Source: Catajapyx aquilonaris (Eukaryota). From it: DNA of 46,404 bases. The stretch is from the NCBI GenBank assembly GCA_000934665.2, contig KZ538178.1, positions 62,001 to 108,404 of the forward strand. Reading direction: 5' to 3'. Made by a program: the position numbers and the translations under genes. This document shows, piece after piece, positions 35,846 through 46,404 of the stretch (positions are counted from its first letter, which is position 1; the number at the start of each line of letters is the position of its first letter). The notes beneath the pieces are model-generated. The model was not told the origin of the DNA. It saw nothing but the letters and a program-made list of their open reading frames with translations, and ran no database searches.

Positions 35846-36223
35846 ACAACAGCGACCATTTCTTAATCACACCTGCCCCTCTGGTGTAAGCGCACCTAAA
35901 GTATTGCATGCATTGTTTGAAAAATATTAATCAAAAATGTGATTAGCTTAGTGCTTAGGGGAAGCAGACATCCTGCACATTTTACGACCCTGTAAAACTC
36001 CTGGACTTGCCTGCCTAAGCCCTGGCATTTGTTGTGAATCAAGTCTTGGAATGCTATTGGGAAAAAAACCCGGATATGACAAGAGTGAAGATACTGCGAA
36101 ATTATTATTGAACACTCCCACACTCTCATAGGGACACAACATATCTGTGCCCTTTGTGCTGCGTAATCTATAAAATAATGATACAAGAATCAAGACACCC
36201 AAGGAGTCTGTCTCCTTTTTCAA

Positions 36224-37332
36224 CCTGACTATTCAGGGCAACCCAATGGGCTCCCTTGTCAGGAGGGAAGCTGCACTTCCAGGATGATCGTCAAGTGAGA
36301 AACTGATTGGGATGCATGCGGGATACTGGCTGTGACCTCGCCATCTCGGTTCTTCACTTGTTTCATTTCAATAATCCCAGTACTGTCTATCGTCAATACA
36401 TATGTAGAGTGCGAAATGTACAGGGCTGTGCAACCCCGTAACGGCACACAGCTGATGAGGAATCTGCCACCTCTGCATCAAGTTTCTGCCTAAAGATATA
36501 TCCACTGGAAGACATTCGATATGCCTGCCACTTCATTTCTGACATGTCGTCCTCTGCGCAAAGGCTACGACTGTAACTGCATTGCTTGGAACTTTTCCAA
36601 CCTTACTGTTGCAAAAAGTGGGGATAAATTTGGGGCAAACCTACAGAAAAGGGGAAAATTGCTCACTGAAAATGTGTTCAGCTGAGGATGACAAATTATA
36701 TTTGCAATTTAGAATTTTTGTTATCGTAGTGTGACTAACCTAGATGTCTCATTTGGGGATAGTGAGAGACGTTAGTTATGTGGTGTCCTAACTACAGTAG
36801 ATTATTTGGGCAGGTGCAAGCTGAATTATTTACCTGAGAAACTATAACTCCTTGACCTGCAGCACAACTGTTGCCAAATTTCTGCAGGATTCTGCGGAGA
36901 GATGACTAGGAGGAAATGGCCAAGGCTTGGAATTTTACACTTAGAAATAAAGGCAACAACGAAATTCGTAGACTTAATTGTTTGTGGCGCGAAATCTCTC
37001 CATTTCAGTAAATTTTCTCAGCATCTTAAAATCGCATTGAAATGTGAAAACAGAATGATAAATTAAAATTCCAAATTATTAAAATACTTATTAAAAGAAT
37101 AACAAATGTGCACCTTCTCTCTTGTTATGATGGACTTTTTCAACTAATGTTAATGCAAAAGTAAGTTTGGGACAAAATAATTAATGATTGGACTAATAAA
37201 CACTGCACTTTTTTTATTTATTAAAGGGTTTCATTCCACACCAGTTGTCAATATATGACTGAAAACTCTTCTGATTCTATCATAAGCGCGTTAAAATCAA
37301 TTTATGACACTAATCTCCATGGGAAGGGTTTA
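36224..37332. mobile_element. Dispersed repeat, copy 1 (possibly piggyBac-like non-autonomous element)
   Basis: Shares its 5' end (CCTGACTATTCAGGGCAACCCAA..GCTCCCTTGTCAGGAGGGAAGCTGCAC), middle (GGGCAGGTGCAAGC...ACCTGAGAAACT) and 3' end (CTCCATGGRAAGGG) with 44960-45807; ends in GGG-TTTAA. Confidence 0.65.
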
Positions 37333-39130
37333 AAGTGCGGTACCCTGAATAGCTGCAAATGTCCACATCAGAGCAAGCCACAGGCAGTCACAGTCAAGCA
37401 ACACAAATAACAATTGTTCTGGCTTGCATTTTGTCAAGAACAAAAATTAGGCCGACGGAAACAGACCCTTACCAAACGTTATAAAATGATGGACTCGAAT
37501 GCAATGCTTGGAAACTTAACACTCCAGCACCAAACAAAACATAACATTATTTACCTAAGGATAATAATTATGCACAGTGCTTCCTTGTTCTTCTTGCCAG
37601 TATGATTGGAACCAAAAAAGCCTTTTCAAAAAAGTAATAACGTACTCGTCAAAAACAATTTGGCCAGACGTGTCCTGGAGTTACAAACCAATAAGCAATC
37701 ACGTGTTGTTTTCCACAGACTTAACCCGGATCGATTACTGATGGTTCTATACTATGTCATAATAATTATGTCCAATCTAAACTCATTTTCACAGTAGGTG
37801 CAGTGCAGAAGTCAAAATTAATCCAAGGCTTCCTGGAATGAATAAAAAATACTAGAATTCTCAAGGATGAGAACCCGTCATGCTATAATTAGAGATATGT
37901 ATACTGGGCAGCAATAACATATTACTTGTCATTCAGTTGTCGTTCCAATGACAACTTCAAGTAGTAGTAACATGTAGCATGCTGTGTGTGGTCTTTCCAC
38001 TGCTATATTATCTCGTGTATTGCAAGACTGCAGTCATCGCCCACGTGTTATTCTTTCTCACTTCTGAACCTGTATGAGCAATGACGAGATTGCGGATTTC
38101 AAAACGTGTTTGCCTAGTTGCCTCCTGTTATGTGTGTCCTCTCTGCGTGTTTCATCAACCTCATCAGTCATAGATGAGCTTATACCTGTGATAATGCAGT
38201 CTTACTGATTGTATTACAGAGAGCTTATACTGTACACGGTCAGATTGTCTAAATCGATATGCATTTTTGCAAGAAAGCCCGCATTATTCCTAGCACACAC
38301 TACAGTACTATATGACATAAATTGTATCATCTGCAAAGCATTTCGATTGGAAGTGTCTATTTCAGGTGTGAATATTTTGTCGAAATTTTAAAATCTTCAT
38401 GGTGAAGAAGTAATACCAAGAGTAAATACCAAGGTAATACTCGGTAATTTTTACAAATCAAGCGTTACTAGGAGAGGTGACAGTCGATAACGCTAAGTAA
38501 CAAGAAGTAGTGTACAGTACATGGACCAATTATCCCTGCCGAAATGCGAAGATTAAACGACTAGTTACGAAACTACTATCGCGTGGTATAAGCCGGGATC
38601 AGCCAAACACTGACACTGTCAGTGATATATTACGATGTGATTATGATGGTGTGTTGTTCTGCTCTTAATCCACTTGAAGAGTGACTTATATATACTCTCT
38701 GATGTTTGTTTGTACTCTCTAATCATCATCCCAGCTAATACTGGTGTAGAGATTCGCCCACTCATTTCCCACGCCGAATGGCAGCTGAAATCCGAACAAC
38801 AAGGGAAAATATTATTATCAAGGCTCAACTGAATCTAACACATAAAAAACAAGCAGTGTCCCACATATACAGGGTGGTGTACGCATACTGCCAAAAATCC
38901 TCAGTTCAACCGGCAGAAGTGACGGTTTTTGCTCACTCTATAGCAGCTGCATGGGGGGCTATACGAGGTGGCTCCCCTGCTGGGTGCGAGCAAGGTGCTC
39001 CTCTAAGCCTCTAACTATGTACTTAATCCATCACCCCTGGTGTAGGGGGTGGGACAAAGGACCAAGAAACTGTATCTTCAAAGGGGTGCGAAGGCCTGAA
39101 AAGGTTAAGAACCACTGCTCTATATACTCG

Positions 39131-39842
39131 CAGTGGTTTTCAAAATGGGGTCGCGCGTTGAATCTCATCAATAAGCAACATGGCAGTGTTAACTCAAAAA
39201 GGTCAAATGTCGAAGCAACTGCGGGGGAGGGGACAGTGGAAGACAGTCGTGTTCAATGTCAACATACTCGTATTGGAGCACAGCATGAATCAATTGGCGC
39301 AACAGTTTAGACATAATAATTGTCCCGAGATGTCCATAAATTGTCCATGCCAATCAGTATTGGATCAGAAATCCATTTGAGATTTCTTGACCACTACATC
39401 AGTGCAGGATATCGTAAATGATGATCGAAATTTCCACGAATGGAAGTTTGTCAGTGCCAATAAGACTTGTGATTTTTTTTAGGCTGAAAAAATTGAAGAC
39501 TCTCCAGCCAGCAGTAGCAACCTGCTGTGCTCTGAAGTATTTAATACCATGTGTACTACTATCTATTCATTATGTGAAGCAAGTTTTTTTTTTTGGCATT
39601 AACGTCCATGAAAACCAAAATAATGAGATCATCGAGTCTGTGTTGAGAAAGATCTCAGGCTTAAATGGACGCCCAATTGTCCCGAATATTGTGTGGAAAA
39701 AAAACCTGCCCATCGCACTAACTGGCCCGCAATTACTATTGTTAGGTAACAGGATCGGGAGTGGGGGTACAAACTGTCTTGACATAATTATTATTAAATT
39801 TGAAAAGCGGTACGTGACAAAAAAAAAGTTTGGGAAGCACTG
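39131..39842 (+). mobile_element. Decayed, internally deleted hAT (Buster/Charlie-type) transposon with a transposase C-terminal remnant
   Basis: Ends CAGTGGTTTTCAAA / TTTGGGAAGCACTG. Frameshifted peptides WIRNPF, IEISTNGSL, ALKYLIP, LCEASF..ALTSMKTK, VEKDLRLK and PIVPNI..CGKKPAH match the hATC dimerisation region. Another right TIR (GGTTAAGAACCACTG) ends at 39117. Confidence 0.85.
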
Positions 39843-40167
39843 CTCTCTATATAGCAACCAACAATCACTGCACATTGAGGAATGCAATCCCTGCATGTCG
39901 CCGCAATATTGCTTGCGTCTCAAACACGCGAGTAATGGACCACCAAGTATGTTGTGCAAGGTCAGATGGTCAGAAGAACACAAAAATATCGCGTAGTAAT
40001 CATGTGAACGTGGAAGCCTGTCAACCAGTGATGGATTACTCTTGAAGATAAGTGCTGGGAACACTACTACTTAATGGCAATTCGGGAAGAGGTGATGTCC
40101 AGCACTCAAAGCATCGCCGCAGCACCAGCAAGCATATGTTGTGTCGTCAACAACGCAGCAGCACAAC

Positions 40168-43100
40168 ATGGCTCGGACTACGTTATTGCTGGCATCATCG
40201 TCCATCCTCATCATTTGCACAGGTATGTAGTATTTTGTTGGATTTTCACCTGGGTGCTGGCTCTATAAGTGCGATTAAATAATTCATTTTTTAAATTCAA
40301 ATTCATGTTTAATGCAGTTCTGGTTAGTTCCTTGTGCAGAAAAAAGCTGATAAGAGCATGCCGTACCGCAGAGTAGAGAATGATGAGAATGTATGTCACA
40401 GGGTCTGATAGTAAACTTGCTCTCATAGACCCTGGAGATCACCCTCTCATGCAGGACGAATAGTCTCCCTTTCACTGTACTGTCCATGTTATGCACATCC
40501 CCACTTGCTTCATCTTTCGCGTCACTGGACCAGTGATGCGGCAGTTAAACTTATTGTCTACTCACGAGAACAGCTGCACAGACTCTTATTATCCGACTCT
40601 TGTCCGGAAGCGACTTTTGAATAGAGAAAAACACGGGCTTGAGGGCATCACGGGGAGAATATTAATACCGCATCACCTGAGGAGGGACATGATGGTGACC
40701 AGCAGCCGCTCTCTTTCCATCTATATAGGTCTGGTGACATTCAGCTCTCCGGCCTCGGGTGACTGTGACGTAGAAAGAGTTTACAGCAACATCTCCGCCT
40801 TGTGGAAGGAGGACTTGGGAATGTACGGGGGCTTCCCCACCACTTTGCATCAACTGGAAAGTGCCTGCAACGCAACGTGAGTCACCCTTTTGAAAATACA
40901 GTAGCCTATATCTTATTGAATTTCACCGAATCATATACTCTCCGAGTCTCAGGTCATTAGCATTGAATTATAACGCAACACTCTCGAGCTCATCATCTCG
41001 ACATTTCACAGTCCACCGATGGTGAACGAGACCATCATCTCCTTCCTGAAGCCTTGCTTCGCCCACAAGATTATTTCAGACGTTGTGGCTGACATGCTGA
41101 CGGACGTGGGGAATATCTTTGCTAATGAATGTAGCTATTACAGCCATGGTGAGTTTAAAAAAACAAACAGCCACTTTAGAACTGATATGATCATACAGAA
41201 ATTATTGTACCCCTATAAGAATACAATAATTATTATTTCTGTATTTCTGCTTGGATACCTCTGATACGTAGAGTACATACTCTACGTATCAGAGGTATCC
41301 CATCAGCAGTGAGTTGGTTGCAATGAAATTCGCATCAGCAGTGACATGTTGCAACAATATTATTGGCATCGAACGTCAATGGCAGGACCCATTTTTCATG
41401 CAGGTCAGACACCTTCCAAGCATAAGAGAGTAGATACTATATGAATTTACCCTATAACATTAGTAGGTAATGCTTTTGATTTTAATAAATAGGCCTACAA
41501 AATCCCTAACGTTCAAGAATTTCAAGAAAGCTGAATAATAACCTGCAAAATGCTATGAAAACTGTTACCTAATATGAACATTACATAAAATACTTTGAAT
41601 AGTACTTACTATAGCATTCAATAGTTTTCAATAGTAACAATGTGACCCGAAGTTGGCCGAGCTCTGACTGCCAAAACAACACATGGCATTATGTGCCACC
41701 TGCATTACTTTGGTCTGTTAACTTTACTGTGACCGCATATACGGTTGGCTCACTTTCATCTGAGTGGGCCAGGTAGACACACTTGCAGGTATTATTACTG
41801 TAAAGTGAAGTATACACCCTGCACATTTATGCACTCTTTACAGACATTGTAACAGCATCGTTTTGCCTAAACCAGGAGTTGGATGCCTTCAAAAAATGCA
41901 CCAAGGATTTGCCCGTTCAATTTTGGCGTCTTGTGACGGACTTTTCCCTTCAGAGCATGTGCTGGTAAAGTGTGTTTTTGCATCTTGAAATACTGCATAA
42001 TTTGTTATCTACATTACCCCAACCCTTCGTTATTTACCACTAATTCCCGACTTTCTGTATAGCTCAGTGTCTATTTGAGCTTACTTGATTATTGACTCAT
42101 TTCAGCCCAATTCATGAGTTTTTATTCTGCATCACAGACGTGGCAGTTGAGTGCGGTACTTCTGCGAAGGATCCCTTCGACGATTTCTTTAGTGATGTGT
42201 TCGAGTCCACAGGATATGAGGTAATTGGATCACCATGGTCTTCTATGTCGTGCATAGATGAATGATTACACTATATACCTTCTGTAAATATTACGAGAAA
42301 TAATAATATTTCAATGCATCCTTATAGAAAGGTGAGCCTTGAATGTGCAATAAACTGCTAGAAAAAAAAATGGCAATAACATTAACTTACATGTTAAAAT
42401 AGCACTCACATCGTATACTTATTTTGACATGACATTTTAGTCATACGGTATAATTGTAGAGTGTAAATCTAATTCAAGGGCCAAAGTTTATTTGCGCAGG
42501 CTATATAGCCAGTTTTTACGACACTCTTCCCGTGTGATAATAATAATAACTATAGAGAACCCCTCGCTTATACGCTCCCTTTTTTCTAGGCCTACGGCTT
42601 GCAGTGCCTACCATATTTTTAATCGCTTCGGATTTAATGATGATGCCCAGCACCGACCCCCCCCCCCCAATCATATGCATACACCCCCACCCGCTCCTCC
42701 GTGCATTCACATATCCGTGATTCCCTTGTATATACCCTGCGACCCATTGGCAATCCCACCTTTATTGCTTTGCATTGGCTGGGAAAAATATGCATTTTCC
42801 CATCACCTCAACACACCAATACATTTTGAATTTGTCCAATTTCTTAAAAAAAAAACCATGCACCAAAAACAAAGGAAAATTCCAAGTGTCAAAATGTAAG
42901 ATTTTCACATTTAGTAATAAGACCCATAAGTTTGAGGTCAGCGTGAGTGTTTCCATGAGTGGCAACGTCACAAACAGGTTCGCAATATTCTGGAACCCAA
43001 CACAAATCCGACCTCCCAAACAACATAGATTCACCAATGATGTACTTTGCCTGTGCATTACAAAAAGCTATACGGAATGTTAAAAGTTTGTGCAACTTAT

Positions 43101-44140
43101 TAGCACCTGAAACAGTCATCAGTTTCATTGATTCTTTGCAGTCGACGACTGAAGTCAGTCAAGTGGACGCGTAGTATGAGTCTGATTAAGCTGAATGCCA
43201 CATTTGTGCAACTTGCAGAGGTTTTGCAACATTTAACCCGAGACTGGGAAATTAAGTGAACACACCAGGCATGGCAATACGAGGTCCTCGTATGTCAATT
43301 ACAGGCACCATATATGGTGCCTGTAATTGACATACGAGGACCTATACCATTTCTTGCAACGAATCATACCAGAAAAAGATTGATAAGTGACCTGACAATT
43401 CATCAAGGGCCCAATAAATTGTTACAACAAACTTCACTAATGAAGCCGATAACGAGCTGTATTTTAATTTTGGCACGTATAGGTCAATTTTTCCAATCAA
43501 CTAGAGCACAGAAATTTTCTGTTCCGAAGCGCGCTAGCCATAGCGAATACACTTTCCACATCCTGCACTTATGAAACGGATAGATCTCTTCAAGAAATTC
43601 TCGTGATGTTTGTTATCAGCGAATACGGAGAGGCAGGGACTTAACGCCATTAACTGCAGCATGGAGAGTTCCTAATACCCAATGAAATTAAGTTCCAAAC
43701 CACAGCATTGTTTCTAAGAAACATGATGCCTATACACTGTGATGTTTTCTCTCTGTGAGAATATTTCACGTCTTGTGCAAACAAACATGACTCACATTAT
43801 CAATCATTCTCAGGTGCTTTGCGGGCCAATCAACTGCGATGGATGGAGTTCCACGACTAGACGCACGACGGAGTACTACACCACACCTAGTCAGCACTCC
43901 ACGGAGGGTGGTCCTACCACCTCTCCTCCTCCTCCTCCTCCCCCCAGCACCTGGTTTCCTCCATTCAGGACCACCACGGACTACTACCCATGGACGACAC
44001 CAGCAGAATGGACGACGGAATGGCCCACGGAATGGCCCACCAGCGACAACCCTCCTCCTCCTCACCACGGGAAGGTGATCGACGTGGACGTGGACCTGGA
44101 GGAGCACATCCACATTCACGAGGTCGAGCAGGATGAATAA
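40168..44140 (+). CDS. Uncharacterised secreted protein, 300 aa: signal peptide, 12-Cys domain, Thr/Pro/Trp-rich stalk, His/acidic tail; exons 40168-40222, 40729-40876, 41012-41148, 41844-41964, 42106-42220, 43814-44140
   Basis: Six exons with strong GT-AG sites join in phase (903 nt) into an open frame: MARTTLLLASSSILIICTGLVTFSSPASG/DCDVERV...SMCCPIHEFLFCITDVAVECG...VLCGPINCDGWSSTTRRTTE...HIHIHEVEQDE. Confidence 0.8.
41253..41300. repeat. Perfect hairpin, 23-bp arms with 2-nt loop (intron 3 of the secreted gene)
   Basis: GGATACCTCTGATACGTAGAGTA-CA-TACTCTACGTATCAGAGGTATCC. Confidence 0.95.
42601..42825 (+). repeat. Dispersed repeat, copy A (direct repeat of 44159-44369)
   Basis: Both copies begin GCAGTGCCTACCATATTTTTAATCGCTTCGGATTTAATGATGATGCCCA and stay highly similar for about 210 bp. 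Confidence 0.9.
43282..43343. repeat. Perfect 62-bp palindrome (intron 5 of the secreted gene)
   Basis: AGGTCCTCGTATGTCAATTACAGGCACCATA|TATGGTGCCTGTAATTGACATACGAGGACCT, no spacer. Confidence 0.95.
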
Positions 44141-44158
44141 CAATCGGGCCATGATCGA

Positions 44159-44369
44159 GCAGTGCCTACCATATTTTTAATCGCTTCGGATTTAATGATG
44201 ATGCCCACCGACCCCCCCAATCATATGCATACACCCCTATACCCGCTCCTCCGTGCATTCACATATCCGTGATTCCGATACCCTGCGACCCATCGGCAAT
44301 CCCATCACCTTTATTGCTTTGCATTGGCTGGGAAATATGCATTTCCCCACCTCAACACACCAATACATT
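44159..44369 (+). repeat. Dispersed repeat, copy B, starting 18 bp after the stop codon of the secreted gene
   Basis: Direct repeat of 42601-42825. Confidence 0.9.
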
Positions 44370-44959
44370 CTGATTAAAAAAAAAACACAATTATTGTATA
44401 CGAACAGAAATTCTTCACAACCTCTATCGCTCCCGCATCCCGCATGCACTCGCACACATGTGTCTAAATAATATGCACACTTTCCGACCACGTTTTTCTA
44501 ACTGCTCATAACTCCCTCCCCCCCTACACTATAAACGTCCATGGAACTTTGCAATGTTTGTATTAGCTGATCACACACTGGTTTCATTCAACCCGGCCCT
44601 TTCTTTCGACGTTCTCGACCTTATCTCTGGGTTCAGTGTCCGTGACTCCATGGAGTTGGCACACCACTGATAAACAGCATCCCTATATCTAGCCCATGTC
44701 CGGTTTGTTTACGACGTTCCAATTTATTCGACCACTGCTGCCTCCTTCCCCCCTCCTCTCCTCCTCCCCTGTTGTGAGGTCACCGTGAATAATAAGACGT
44801 GGGTAGAAGGGTAGGTGGAAGAGGGTGGAGGGGGTCTTCACGGGAGAGGAGAATGAATACCAACCAACCAAAGGCAGTACACACACAATCGTCATGACTG
44901 TCCTCTATACACACAGAGTGCAACAGCATGATTCATTTCCCGCACCGTATCCGCTTCAT

Positions 44960-45807
44960 CCTGACTATTCAGGGCAACCCAAGAGGCTCCCTTGTCAGGA
45001 GGGAAGCTGCACCACCAGGATGATCAACCTACACGATCTGTACTAATACTTGTATTGTCGGGATCGGGACAAGCGGGGATAAAATTATTATGTGGGGGCA
45101 AATCTGTCGAAGAGAAAAATCGCTCGCTGAAAATGTTGGCGGAATTTCCGTCCCACTGCTATACTCACTGCTAACTTAGCAGTACCAGTGTTGACATTGG
45201 TAGGCCTAAGTTAGCACAGATGGCAGTGGGACGAAAATTCGACGTTCGCACTTCTGTGTATGAGGATAGCGCGGACTGTTCGCACTGAACCACTTTTCGT
45301 GTAATTGAGCTATCTGCAGGTGCTTTACCGGATCACTTGGGCAGGTGCAAGCAAAACTACCTGAGAAACTGAACACTTTGGCCTGCAAGTTGCTGAATGG
45401 GGATGGGTATAATTATGCTTGTCATTTAACATGTAGAGTAGTAATATTTTGCAATGTTCGATGAATTTCGCCGACTTCATTTTATAAGAGTGCTTAAATT
45501 GGATTGAAATGTAATTGTGCCAAACTGAGACACATTTCCAAAAATTAAACGAAATATTAAAAATAGCCTAATTACAAAAATGCTACTTTCTCGGTTGATT
45601 TGATAGACTTTGGTAACTCATGTTCCCCGCAGCAAAAAACTTAATATGGGACAAAGTACTGGTCAATGATAGTGACTAATAAACACTGTTATTTATTTAT
45701 TTAAGTAGACTTATATCATAATTTTGTGAGCTCTTCCCATAAGTCGTAAGCGATTTAAAATCCAGTTATAGGATATTATGTGCAAACTATTACTCTCCAT
45801 GGAAAGG
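44960..45807. mobile_element. Dispersed repeat, copy 2 of the 36224-37332 family
   Basis: Colinear similarity blocks at both ends and in the middle; shorter internally. Confidence 0.65.
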
Positions 45808-46404
45808 GAAACCAGACCATCCTATCTAATAAGTACTGTACTGTTTTTCAGGATCTTCACTATAGACTATCTGACAAGAGTCGCGTCACAAATATCACCC
45901 TGAACTGAAGATCTGCAAATGACACATGAGGTTACACCAGCATAATTATACGAGACATTTTGAGAGATGAGCAGTGTAAATAAGGGAAAAGGGACCGACC
46001 AAAGACACCTGCACCTACACGTGATGCCTCATCTGAACCCAGGCCAGTGCAGTGGAATGAAAGGTGCTGTCTTTATGTCCTCTGAAGCACTTGAGACAGG
46101 TGCCGTACGTCCTGCTCTGTGCCTTTTGAGCTGTGTAATCTATTGTAGGGACTGTGACGTCCCACTCACCAGGGGGCTGGGCTGACCCAGTTATTTCCCC
46201 CCTGGTGGGTGGGGCCACCAGAAGGAGCCCTCAGCTCCTGCACTATGGTACCCCTCCTGATACTTGTACTCCAGCCCCTTTTGGGGACACTTCAGAATAA
46301 AACACCGGTGTGAACCGAACCCACTGTGTATCATTTGAGTAGCCTGGGCGACGACGGTGCCTTAACCGTTACAATGGCAGCCCAACGTGCTCGTCTCACA
46401 GGTA

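Noticed and set aside
39418..39996. 192-aa ORF and antisense 164-aa ORF
   Set aside because: Chance read-through of a frameshifted hAT transposase remnant.
40491..40728. ATG at 40689 as the start of the secreted protein
   Set aside because: It lies just before a polypyrimidine tract and TAG acceptor (40728); the exon at 40168-40222 gives a much better in-phase signal peptide.
1..46404. CRISPR arrays, tRNA, rRNA or snoRNA genes, prokaryotic operons
   Set aside because: No regularly spaced repeats, cloverleaf or convincing box C/D or H/ACA structure seen by eye; an Infernal or tRNAscan run would be needed to exclude small RNAs.

Overview
Gene-dense eukaryotic (animal, most likely arthropod/crustacean by inference) genomic DNA with short GT-AG introns; no prokaryotic features, CRISPR arrays or RNA genes were seen. 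I reconstructed 12 spliced genes by hand: CCDC130/YJU2B (5' part, -), MED26 (+), RFT1 (-), GK5 (+), three tandem paralogous small ankyrin-repeat genes (-), a short STIL/Ana2 orthologue (+), an IkB-like ankyrin gene (+), ISCA1 (-), LAMTOR5 (+) and an unnamed secreted Cys-rich/mucin-tailed protein (+). The most striking signal is the ankyrin trio. Once its overlooked first coding exons are spliced on, each gene encodes signal peptide + acidic spacer + (di)basic site + about 3 ankyrin repeats. This is a prepro-protein layout typical of secreted toxins/effectors, on a fold that is normally intracellular. Other highlights: a four-level nested transposon stack in MED26 intron 2 with reconstructable insertion sites, a GC-AG intron and a perfect CLEAR element at LAMTOR5, several perfect palindromes, and hAT/Helitron remnants. 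Gene names rest on remembered conserved motifs, not on database searches.
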